In this document: positions 19,880 through 28,346 of the stretch, piece after piece | Layout: the number at the start of each line of letters is the position of its first letter | How positions within the stretch are numbered: position 1 is the first letter of the stretch | Assembly (NCBI GenBank): GCA_002305575.1 | Contig: DBPP01000024.1 | Location: forward strand, 3,013-67,012 | Origin: Ruminococcaceae bacterium UBA1417 | GTDB lineage: Bacteria; Bacillota; Clostridia; Oscillospirales; Acutalibacteraceae | Length of the DNA: 64,000 nt | Direction: 5' to 3' | Made by a program: the position numbers and the translations under genes | The notes under the pieces: model-generated | Database searches by the model: none | What the model saw: only the letters and a program-made list of their open reading frames with translations | What the model was told of the DNA's origin: nothing

Positions 19880-21229
19880 ATGGGAAGGCTTTTCGGAACA
19901 GACGGTGTGCGCGGCGTCGCAAACAGCGAGCTTACATGCGAGCTTGCAATGAAAATCGGGCGCGCCGCCGCGATGGTGCTTATGAGCGAGGACATAAAAA
20001 GACCGCGCGTTATGATTGGCAAGGACACAAGAATGTCGTCGGATATGCTTGAGTCGGCAATGGCGGCGGGGCTTTGCTCCGTCGGCGCCGACGTCGTTCT
20101 ACTCGGCGTTGTGCCCACTCCGGCAGTGGCGTTCCTTGTTAAAAACGAGGGCTGCGACGCGGGTGTTATGATTTCCGCCTCCCACAACCCGTGCGAATAC
20201 AACGGAATTAAAATATTCAAGTCCGACGGCTACAAGCTGCCCGACGAGCTTGAAGAAAAAATAGAGGAGCTTCTGCTCGACGAAACGGCGCTCCCGCCCG
20301 TCAAAATAGGCGGCGAGGTAGGAAAGGTTTACAAGGACAAAAAGGCGTGCGATATTTATATCAACCATATATGCTCCACTGCGGAATGCAACTTCCGGGG
20401 GCTTCGCGTGGCGTTCGACTGCGCAAACGGCTCGGCTGCCGTAACGGCCCGAAGCGCGTTTACACGGCTCGGCGCCGAGTGCAGCTTTTTGTTTTCCGAG
20501 CCGGACGGCGTAAACATCAACGACTGCTGCGGCTCGACGCATCTTGAAAACCTCCGTGAATACGTCGTCAAAAACGGGCTTGACGCCGGCTTTGCCTTCG
20601 ACGGCGACGCCGACAGGCTGCTTGCCGTCGACGAAAACGGCAATGTTGTGGACGGCGACATGATAATAGCGCTGTGCTCAAAGCATCTGAAAAGTCAGGG
20701 AAAGCTCAAAAAAGATACGGCGGTAGTTACCGTCATGAGCAACATGGGCTTTTTCCGCTTCTGCGAAAAATGCGGCATCGCCTGCGAAACAACGAAGGTC
20801 GGCGACAGGTATGTGCTCGAAAACATGGTCAAAAACGGCTATTCGATAGGCGGCGAGCAGTCAGGCCACATCATTTTCCTCGACCATGCAAGTACGGGCG
20901 ACGGGCAGCTGACGGCTGTTCAGATTATGAACGTGATGAAGAGTACCGGAAAATCTCTCGGCGAGCTTGCGTCCGTTATGGAGGTTTTTCCGCAGATAAT
21001 GATAAACGTAAGGGTATCAAACATCGGCAAGGTGCGCTATGCCTCCGATGAGGAGATAAAAAAGTCGATAGCCGAGGCGGAAAAGGTACTCGGCGACTCG
21101 GGGCGCGTGCTTGTCAGGGTGTCGGGAACGGAGCCGCTCGTCCGCGTTATGCTTGAGGGCAGGGACGAGCTGCTTATAAAAAAGCTCGGCGAGGAAATCG
21201 CCGAGGTCGTAAGGGAAAGACTTATTTAG
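19880..21229 (+). CDS. glmM: Phosphoglucosamine mutase
   Basis: FGTDGVRG, ISASHNP, DGDADR, GGEQSGH, RVSGTEPLVRVM. Confidence 0.97.
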   Translation: MGRLFGTDGVRGVANSELTCELAMKIGRAAAMVLMSEDIKRPRVMIGKDTRMSSDMLESAMAAGLCSVGADVVLLGVVPTPAVAFLVKNEGCDAGVMISASHNPCEYNGIKIFKSDGYKLPDELEEKIEELLLDETALPPVKIGGEVGKVYKDKKACDIYINHICSTAECNFRGLRVAFDCANGSAAVTARSAFTRLGAECSFLFSEPDGVNINDCCGSTHLENLREYVVKNGLDAGFAFDGDADRLLAVDENGNVVDGDMIIALCSKHLKSQGKLKKDTAVVTVMSNMGFFRFCEKCGIACETTKVGDRYVLENMVKNGYSIGGEQSGHIIFLDHASTGDGQLTAVQIMNVMKSTGKSLGELASVMEVFPQIMINVRVSNIGKVRYASDEEIKKSIAEAEKVLGDSGRVLVRVSGTEPLVRVMLEGRDELLIKKLGEEIAEVVRERLI

Positions 21230-21251
21230 ATTATTACCGGAGGTAAACTCG

Positions 21252-22121
21252 ATGAGGGTTGCTGACAAATGGATTGATTACGAGCTTATCGACTGCTCGG
21301 AGGGCGAAAGGCTCGAACGCTGGGGCGAGGTGGTTTTAGTCCGCCCCGACCCGCAGGTGATATGGAAAACCGAAAAGGAGAACCCAATCTGGAAATCGCC
21401 CCACGCGCAGTACAGGCGCTCAAACACCGGCGGCGGAAAGTGGCATAACTTCATAAGTCTGCCGGGATACTGGAAAATAAGCTACGGCGAGCTTACATTC
21501 AACATAAAAACAATGGGCTTCAAGCATACGGGGCTGTTCCCCGAGCAGGCGTCAAACTGGGATATGACAATGGAGCTTATTCGCTCGGCCGGGCGTCCCG
21601 TCAGCGTATTGAACCTGTTCGGCTATACGGGCGCGGCGACGTTGGCGGCGCTTAAAGCGGGCGCGTCAGTCGTGCACGTCGACGCCTCAAAGGGCATGGT
21701 TCAGTGGGCAAAGGAAAACGCCGCGTCAAGCGGCGTCGGTGACGGTCAGGTGCGCTGGCTCGTCGACGACTGCGTGAAGTTTGTCCAGCGGGAGATCCGC
21801 CGTGGCAACCACTACGACGGCATCATCATGGACCCGCCTTCCTACGGGCGCGGTCCGGGCGGCGAGGTCTGGAAGCTCGAGGAGCAGCTGTTCGGCCTCG
21901 TGGAGATGTGCGTTCCGGTATTGACCGAAAACCCGCTCTTTTTTATCCTGAATTCCTACACGACCGGGCTTTCGCCATCAGTGATGGCGTACCTGCTCGG
22001 CGTGCTTTTGAAGCCGCGTTTCGGCGGCGTGGTTTCCGCCGATGAAATCGGCCTGCCGGTTACGGCGACTGGGCTCGCGCTGCCCTGTGGCAGCACGGCG
22101 ATCTGGGCCGCCGAACCGTAA
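21252..22121 (+). CDS. Class I SAM-dependent methyltransferase (RlmI/YwbD-like); spans the compositional junction
   Basis: KHTGLFPEQ, VLNLFGYTG, VHVDASK, IIMDPPSYGRG. Confidence 0.88.
   Translation: MRVADKWIDYELIDCSEGERLERWGEVVLVRPDPQVIWKTEKENPIWKSPHAQYRRSNTGGGKWHNFISLPGYWKISYGELTFNIKTMGFKHTGLFPEQASNWDMTMELIRSAGRPVSVLNLFGYTGAATLAALKAGASVVHVDASKGMVQWAKENAASSGVGDGQVRWLVDDCVKFVQREIRRGNHYDGIIMDPPSYGRGPGGEVWKLEEQLFGLVEMCVPVLTENPLFFILNSYTTGLSPSVMAYLLGVLLKPRFGGVVSADEIGLPVTATGLALPCGSTAIWAAEP
21740..21800. other. Abrupt codon/oligonucleotide-usage breakpoint (probable chimeric junction)
   Basis: Left: frequent ATA, CTT, AGA/AGG and almost no GATC; right: ATC, CTG/CTC, CGC, higher GC and frequent GATC (first at about 21794). 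Judged by eye. Confidence 0.75.
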
Positions 22122-22151
22122 GACGGCGGAGAAAGGCATGGTGATCACACA

Positions 22152-23027
22152 GTGAACTTTATCGAGTGCAGGGCGCTGCGCTTTGCATACGGCGAGGAAA
22201 GCGGCGAGGTGCTGCACGGCGTGGATCTCGATATCCGTAAGGGCGAATTCATCGCGCTGCTCGGGCACAATGGCTGCGGCAAATCGACGATGGCGAAGCT
22301 CTTTAACGGGATGCTCGTGCCGACCGCCGGGACGGTCCTGGTAGACGGCATCGACACCGCCGTGGAGGAAACGCAGCTCGACGTGCGCCGCCGGGTCGGC
22401 CTTGTGCAGCAGAACCCGGACAACCAGCTCGTCGCAGGCATCGTCGAGGAGGATGTGGCGTTCGGCCCTGAAAATCTCGGCGTGCCGCCCGCAGAGATCC
22501 GCCGGCGCGTAGATGCGGCGCTGAAGGCCGTGAACATGTACGAATACCGCGAGCACGCGCCGCACAAGCTTTCCGGCGGCCAGAAGCAGCGCATTGCGAT
22601 TGCTGGCGTTATCGCGATGGAGACGGAGTGCATCGTGCTCGACGAGCCGACCGCCATGCTGGATCCGCGCGGCCGGCAGGAGGTCATGGATACGATCACG
22701 TATCTGAACCGCGAAAAGGGCATCACCATTGTGCTCATTACGCATTACATGGACGAGGCTGTGCGGGCGGACCGCGTCGTCGTCATGGACGACGGGCAGG
22801 TATTGCTCGACGGCGATCCGCGCACGGTGTTCGCGCAGGTGGAGCTTTTGAAGCGCCATCACCTCGACGTGCCGCAGGCCACGGAGCTTGTGTACCGCTT
22901 GAATGCGGCGGGATGCTCGATCGCGGGAACGCCGCTCAACGAAGACGAATGCGTCGCGGCGATCGAAGCGTATATCCGGAAAAACCATTTGCCGGTGACC
23001 GGCCGCAACGCCGGAAACGCGGTTTAA
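22152..23027 (+). CDS. ecfA1: ECF transporter ATPase EcfA1
   Basis: [28 protein letters not shown]; GTG start. Confidence 0.93.
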   Translation: MNFIECRALRFAYGEESGEVLHGVDLDIRKGEFIALLGHNGCGKSTMAKLFNGMLVPTAGTVLVDGIDTAVEETQLDVRRRVGLVQQNPDNQLVAGIVEEDVAFGPENLGVPPAEIRRRVDAALKAVNMYEYREHAPHKLSGGQKQRIAIAGVIAMETECIVLDEPTAMLDPRGRQEVMDTITYLNREKGITIVLITHYMDEAVRADRVVVMDDGQVLLDGDPRTVFAQVELLKRHHLDVPQATELVYRLNAAGCSIAGTPLNEDECVAAIEAYIRKNHLPVTGRNAGNAV

Positions 23028-23084
23028 CCCAACGATTTCGGGGCAGGATCCGCAGGACCTACACCCGGCAGCAGAGGAATCCAT

Positions 23085-23963
23085 ATGGCAATTTTAGAGA
23101 CAAAAAACTTAACCTATACGTATGGCATCGGCACGCCCTTTGAGAAAACCGCGGTGGACAACGTTTCCATCGCCGTGGAAAAGGGCGAATTTGTCGGCGT
23201 AATCGGCCACACGGGCAGCGGCAAATCGACGCTGATCCAGATGCTCAACGGCCTGATCCGTCCCACCGCCGGGCAGGTGCTGCTCGCCGGGCAGGACATC
23301 TGGGAAAAACCGAAGGAAATCCGCCGCGTGCGCTTTCAGGTGGGCATGGTGTTCCAATACCCGGAGTACCAGCTCTTTGAGGAAACGGTGCTCAAGGATA
23401 TCATGTTCGGCCCGAAAAACATGGGGCTTTCGGATGACGAGGCGATGGAGCGCGCAAAGGAGGCGGCACGGTTTACGGACCTGAAGCCGTCCCTGCTCGA
23501 AAAATCACCGTTTGAGCTTTCCGGCGGCGAGAAGCGCCGCGCGGCGATCGCCGGCGTCATTGCGATGGACCCGGAGGTGTTGATCCTCGACGAACCCGCC
23601 GCGGGCCTCGACCCGAAGGGACGCGATGTCATCCTCGCGCAGATTTCCCAATACCACGCGCACCGGAATAACACGGTGCTGCTTGTTTCACACAGCATGG
23701 AGGATATCGGCCGCACGGCCGACCGCGTGCTCGTCATGAACGGCGGCCGGGCCGAAATGCTCGAGCCGACCCGCACGGTGTTTGCGCGCGGCGATCAGCT
23801 GGAGCCGATGGGCCTGCGTCTGCCGCAGATCACCGCCATTATGCGCCGTCTGCGCGCCATGGGCCTGCCGGTTAGCGAAACGGTGCTGAGCGTCGACGAG
23901 GCGCTCATGGAGCTTATTCCGCTGCTTGTCGGCCGAAAAGACGGGGAGGTGCAGCCAAAATGA
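23085..23963 (+). CDS. ecfA2: ECF transporter ATPase EcfA2
   Basis: GHTGSGKST, FQYPEYQLF, PFELSGGEKRR, LDEPAAGLDP. Confidence 0.94.
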   Translation: MAILETKNLTYTYGIGTPFEKTAVDNVSIAVEKGEFVGVIGHTGSGKSTLIQMLNGLIRPTAGQVLLAGQDIWEKPKEIRRVRFQVGMVFQYPEYQLFEETVLKDIMFGPKNMGLSDDEAMERAKEAARFTDLKPSLLEKSPFELSGGEKRRAAIAGVIAMDPEVLILDEPAAGLDPKGRDVILAQISQYHAHRNNTVLLVSHSMEDIGRTADRVLVMNGGRAEMLEPTRTVFARGDQLEPMGLRLPQITAIMRRLRAMGLPVSETVLSVDEALMELIPLLVGRKDGEVQPK

Positions 23964-24778
23964 TTTCCGATATCACGATGGGGCAGTTTTTCCCCGGTAA
24001 ATCCGTCATCCACCGGCTGGACCCGCGCGTCAAGCTGTGCCTGACCGTGTATTTTATCGTGCTGATTTTCTGCGCGCAGAATTTCGTCACTATGGCGGCC
24101 ACCATTTTTATGTGCCTGCTCGGGATCGCGTTGTCGCGGGTGCCGCTCAAGCTGTACCTCAAAAGCCTCAAGCCGATTCTGTTCATCGTCGTGTTCACCG
24201 GCGTGCTCAACCTGTTCTACGGCACCGGGGAGCCGCTCGTGCAGCTCGGCTTTATCACGATCACGCGAAACGGCATTTTGAACAGCATCATGATTGCGGT
24301 GCGCATCGTGGTGCTGATCCTCATCAGTTCGATTCTCACCTTCACAACGTCGCCGACGCAGCTTACCGACGCGATTGAGCGGCTTTTGAAGCCGCTGGCG
24401 CTTTTGCATGTGCCGGTGCACGAGTTCGCCATGATGATGACGATTGCGCTGCGCTTTGTGCCGACGCTGCTGGAGGAAACGGAAAAAATCATGGCGGCGC
24501 AGAAGGCGCGCGGCGCAGATATGGAAAGCGGCGGGCTGGTGCAGCGCATCCAGGCGCTGATTCCGGTGCTGATCCCGCTGTTCGTTTCGGCGTTCCGCCG
24601 CGCGTTTGATCTTGCGACGGCCATGGAGAGCCGCTGCTACCACGGCGGCGCGGGACGCACCAAAATGAAGGTTTTGAAATTTGGCCGGGTCGACTTTGTG
24701 TCGCTGGCCATTTGCGCCGCATTTCTGGCGGCATTTATCGCGCTGAATATCCTGATCCCGCCGGCGGTTGTCCGCTGA
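23960..24778 (+). CDS. ecfT: ECF transporter transmembrane component EcfT
   Basis: HRLDPRVK, IALRFVP, QKARG, AMESRCY; follows ecfA1A2. Confidence 0.94.
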   Translation: MISDITMGQFFPGKSVIHRLDPRVKLCLTVYFIVLIFCAQNFVTMAATIFMCLLGIALSRVPLKLYLKSLKPILFIVVFTGVLNLFYGTGEPLVQLGFITITRNGILNSIMIAVRIVVLILISSILTFTTSPTQLTDAIERLLKPLALLHVPVHEFAMMMTIALRFVPTLLEETEKIMAAQKARGADMESGGLVQRIQALIPVLIPLFVSAFRRAFDLATAMESRCYHGGAGRTKMKVLKFGRVDFVSLAICAAFLAAFIALNILIPPAVVR

Positions 24779-24804
24779 AGGCGGGCGGCGGAAAGGAGAC
24801 GGCC

Positions 24805-25578
24805 ATGGAGCGCAATCTGCTTCTCACCCTACAATACGACGGCAGCGGCTATCACGGCTGGCAGGTGCAGGAAAACGCGCGCAGTGTGCAGGGCGTTTTC
24901 CAACAGGCGTTGTTTTCCGTGCTCGGCGTGCGGCCGGACATCAAGGCGTGCAGCCGCACGGATACGGGCGTGCACGCGCGGGAGTTCTGCCTGAGTATGA
25001 AGCTCAGCCATGGCATCCCGACTGAGCGGCTCGTCGGCGCGCTGAACCACTTCCTGCCGCCGGACATCGCGGTGACCGGCTGCCGGCCGGTGCCTCCGGA
25101 TTTCCACGCGCGGTATTCGTGTCGGGGCAAGCGGTACGTCTATGAAATCTGGAACCATCCCGTCCGCAACCCGTTCCTCTACGGACGCGCGCTGCACTAT
25201 TACCATCCGATTGACGCCGAATTGCTGAACCGCGCGGCGCAGCACTACCTTGGCCGTCACGATTTCACGGCCTTCTGCACGCTGGACAAGCGCGAGGCCG
25301 GGGATTTCTGCCGCACGGTGACGGAAAGCCATGTCGAGCGCGACGGCGACATGGTGCGGTTTACGGTGGCGGCGGACGGCTTTCTCTACAACATGGTGCG
25401 GATCATGACGGGCACGCTGCTTGGCGTGCAGCAAGGACGCTTTGCGCCGGAGGACATCCCGGCCATCCTGCAAAGCCGCGACCGCAGCTGCGCCGGCGTG
25501 ACCGCACCGGCCTGCGGCCTGTATCTGCAAAAGGTTTTCTACGATCTGCCGGAAGAAGCGGCAGCGAATGAGGAATGA
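24805..25578 (+). CDS. truA: tRNA pseudouridine(38-40) synthase TruA
   Basis: YDGSGYHGWQ, CSRTDTGVHA, FHARY, GFLYNMVR, TAPACGLYL; ATG 24805 with AAGGAG SD. Confidence 0.96.
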   Translation: MERNLLLTLQYDGSGYHGWQVQENARSVQGVFQQALFSVLGVRPDIKACSRTDTGVHAREFCLSMKLSHGIPTERLVGALNHFLPPDIAVTGCRPVPPDFHARYSCRGKRYVYEIWNHPVRNPFLYGRALHYYHPIDAELLNRAAQHYLGRHDFTAFCTLDKREAGDFCRTVTESHVERDGDMVRFTVAADGFLYNMVRIMTGTLLGVQQGRFAPEDIPAILQSRDRSCAGVTAPACGLYLQKVFYDLPEEAAANEE

Positions 25579-25583
25579 TCCAT

Positions 25584-26882
25584 ATGGCAAACAACGGAAA
25601 AATTTTCAAGCTGCCGGTTGGGAAGAACGGAACCACGCCCAAAAAACAGCCGGAGCACGCGCGAACGGATACGCCTGACACAGCGGAGCATCCGGCCTTG
25701 CAGGAAACGCCGGCGCCGCGTGTTTCCAAAAACCTTTACAAAATTGCGGCGATTTTGCTTGCGGCGATCGTGCTGCTTCTGGTGCTCGAAAACTGGCAGA
25801 ATCTTTCGCCGGCGAACATCGGCAACTGGATCCGCACCAAGGCCGTCGGCCTCGGGTTTGGCGATGGTTATCCGGTGGATCTCGTCGGCAGCACGGCGGA
25901 TCCCGGCAATTTTGGTACAAATGGCGGCAATGTCTATGTTGTCAGCGATACGGCGCTCACCGTGATGAACAGTTCGGCCAAAACGCTGTTTACCGCGCGC
26001 CACAGCTACAACAATCCGGCGGTGTCCGTTGCGAGCGACCGCTACCTGCTCTACAATATGGGCGGCAATGGGTATCAGATTGAAACGGTGTCGGGCACGC
26101 AGGTTTCCGGCACGAGCGAAAACGGCAGCATCACCGTCGGCGCCATCGCGAATTCTGGAAAATTTGCGCTTGCCCTCCAGCCGGTTGATAAGGCCTCCCA
26201 GCTGTGTGTGTACAACCGGGACGGCAGCCTGCAATACCAGTACGATTTTGCCGATATGTATATCAACGCGATTGCGCTGAACAGTGACGGTACCCGGGGC
26301 GCTGTGGCGGCGGTTACAAGCCGCAGCGGCAGCCTCGTCACGTGCATCACGGTGCTGGACTTTTCCGAAACGGAGCCGATCGCCTCGTATGAGATTGAAA
26401 ACAATCTGGTGCTCGGCCTGCTTTGGACGAACAACAACCGCATCCTTGCCATTGGCGATCAGGCGGCGTTTGTCAGCGACGGCAGCTTCACGTTTTCGTC
26501 CTGCGATTACGGCGGGCGGGAGGTCACGGCGTTTTGCCTCACGGAATCCCGCGCGATCGTTTCGGTGTCAAACTATGCGTATGGCGGCGACAGCACGCTT
26601 CTGATTTTCAGCAACAGTGCGGAGCCGGTGGAGGCGGAGCTGTCCGGTCGCGCCACGGCGTTGTGCGCGGCGGGCTCCAAGGTGTCGGCGCTCCTGTCGG
26701 ACCGTGTGGTCGCCGCCGATTTGATGACCGGGCGTGTGGAGTATTACTGCGAAAGCTCGTCCGATACCAAGGGCATTGCCATGGCGGACGAGGGCAGCGT
26801 GTATATGCTCGGCGTGCGCGAAATACGGAAAGAAAATCTTAAGGGAATTCCAGTTGAGGAAGAGTTGTCCTCGGCGCCCTGA
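25584..26882 (+). CDS. Membrane-anchored beta-propeller-like protein (DUF5711-like)
   Basis: Basic N-tail, one TM helix, repeated short beta-strand units; position upstream of a CvpA-family gene. Confidence 0.65.
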   Translation: MANNGKIFKLPVGKNGTTPKKQPEHARTDTPDTAEHPALQETPAPRVSKNLYKIAAILLAAIVLLLVLENWQNLSPANIGNWIRTKAVGLGFGDGYPVDLVGSTADPGNFGTNGGNVYVVSDTALTVMNSSAKTLFTARHSYNNPAVSVASDRYLLYNMGGNGYQIETVSGTQVSGTSENGSITVGAIANSGKFALALQPVDKASQLCVYNRDGSLQYQYDFADMYINAIALNSDGTRGAVAAVTSRSGSLVTCITVLDFSETEPIASYEIENNLVLGLLWTNNNRILAIGDQAAFVSDGSFTFSSCDYGGREVTAFCLTESRAIVSVSNYAYGGDSTLLIFSNSAEPVEAELSGRATALCAAGSKVSALLSDRVVAADLMTGRVEYYCESSSDTKGIAMADEGSVYMLGVREIRKENLKGIPVEEELSSAP

Positions 26883-26893
26883 TATGCTATACT
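26865..26893 (+). promoter_or_regulatory. Sigma-A promoter for CvpA-family gene
   Basis: TTGTCC (26865-26870), 17 nt, extended TGcTATACT (-10 at 26888-26893). Confidence 0.6.
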
Positions 26894-26921
26894 AATTTTA
26901 TTGAAAAGGAGATGAAGGAAC

Positions 26922-27611
26922 ATGCACCTTTTGCTGGATGCCTGCGCGGTTGTCCTGATTGTGCTTCTCGCGATTCTCGGCGCGAAAAAGGGCCTTTTCA
27001 AATCCTGCGTGGATTTCTGCGGTTCGCTGCTCGCGATGATTGGCGCGGGCATTCTGAGCGGACCCATAGCCGCATGGATTTACAGCGCCTTTTTCCGCGC
27101 GCCGCTGGAGGATAAAATCGCCGCGGCTGTGCAGGGACTCGGCGCGGCGGACGCCGTCGGCGCCGTTTTCAGCGATTTCCCGGAGGTGATCCAGCGCGCG
27201 CTGATGGCGGCGGGCGTCACGGAAGGGAGTGTCATGGCCCAGCTGCAAAGCGGTACGGCGGGCGTGGCACAGGGCATTACGGACGCGCTCAGTCCGATGC
27301 TGACCGGCCTGATTCGCGTGCTGGTGATGCTGGTGCTGTTCGTTTTGCTGACGGTGGTGATCCGCGCGCTCGGCTCGCTTCTGGCCGGCCTCTTTGAATT
27401 GCCACTGCTGCGCGGCATCAACGGCGTGCTCGGCGCGGTGTTTGGCGCGCTGCTGGGCGTTCTGTTTCTGTGGGTCGGGTTGGCCTGCGTGCAGGTTTTC
27501 TCGCCGATGCTCAGTGCGGACATTCAGAAAGTTGTACAGGCAGCGGTGGACCAATCGTATTTGGTCGGGGCGTTGTACCGCTTTAACCCCGCCTATTTGC
27601 TGCTTGGATAA
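26922..27611 (+). CDS. CvpA-family membrane protein
   Basis: N-terminal LDACAVVLIVLLAILGAKKGLF; C-terminal INGVLGAVFGALLG; AAAGGAG SD. Confidence 0.8.
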   Translation: MHLLLDACAVVLIVLLAILGAKKGLFKSCVDFCGSLLAMIGAGILSGPIAAWIYSAFFRAPLEDKIAAAVQGLGAADAVGAVFSDFPEVIQRALMAAGVTEGSVMAQLQSGTAGVAQGITDALSPMLTGLIRVLVMLVLFVLLTVVIRALGSLLAGLFELPLLRGINGVLGAVFGALLGVLFLWVGLACVQVFSPMLSADIQKVVQAAVDQSYLVGALYRFNPAYLLLG

Positions 27612-27662
27612 AGATGGGTGATTTTTGTGGAGATTATGAAAATGAAGGAAAGGGATTTCAAG

Positions 27663-28310
27663 ATGGGTTTCAAAAAAACGGAAGACAGGAGGCTACACAA
27701 TAAAAATCTTACGGTTCCAAACGCGATGTCGCTGTTTCGCATCCTGGTCATACCGTTTTTCGCCTACTTTTTTCTCACGGACAATTTGCCGGCGGCGATT
27801 GTCGCCCTGGCGCTTTCGGGCCTTTCAGACGCGCTGGACGGCCTTGTGGCGCGCCGGTTCAACCAAATCACGGAGCTTGGCAAAATGCTGGACCCCTTTG
27901 CGGATAAACTGACGCAGGGTACGGTGGCGGTCTGTATCGCCATCCGCTATCCGGCCATTTGCCCGCTGTTGTTTTTGCTGGTCATTAAGGAGCTTGTGAT
28001 GCTCTGCGGGGCGGTCTTTTTGCTGCGCCGCGGCAGAAAGCCCTGTGCCTCGAAATGGTACGGCAAGGTTTCCACAACGCTGTTCTATGTGTCGATCGCA
28101 TTGATCGTCGTGATGGACGGCTTCCTGCAGGTGCCGGCTGAAACCTTTACCCTGGTTTCCAATATTGCGCTGGTCGTGACCGCGGCGTTTATGGTGTACA
28201 CGTTTGTGCGGTATTTCGCCATTTTCCGCCAGATCCTCCGCGATCCGGACGACCACCAGTATGATATCAATCTGCCTGAAGAACTTTGGGAGAAAAAGCA
28301 GAAGCCGTAA
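27663..28310 (+). CDS. CDP-alcohol phosphatidyltransferase (PgsA/cardiolipin synthase-like)
   Basis: TVPNAMSLFR and family motif SDALDGLVARRFNQITELGKMLDPFADK. Confidence 0.93.
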   Translation: MGFKKTEDRRLHNKNLTVPNAMSLFRILVIPFFAYFFLTDNLPAAIVALALSGLSDALDGLVARRFNQITELGKMLDPFADKLTQGTVAVCIAIRYPAICPLLFLLVIKELVMLCGAVFLLRRGRKPCASKWYGKVSTTLFYVSIALIVVMDGFLQVPAETFTLVSNIALVVTAAFMVYTFVRYFAIFRQILRDPDDHQYDINLPEELWEKKQKP

Positions 28311-28346
28311 GGCTTTTTGCCTTTTCGGAAAGGATATTTTACGCTT

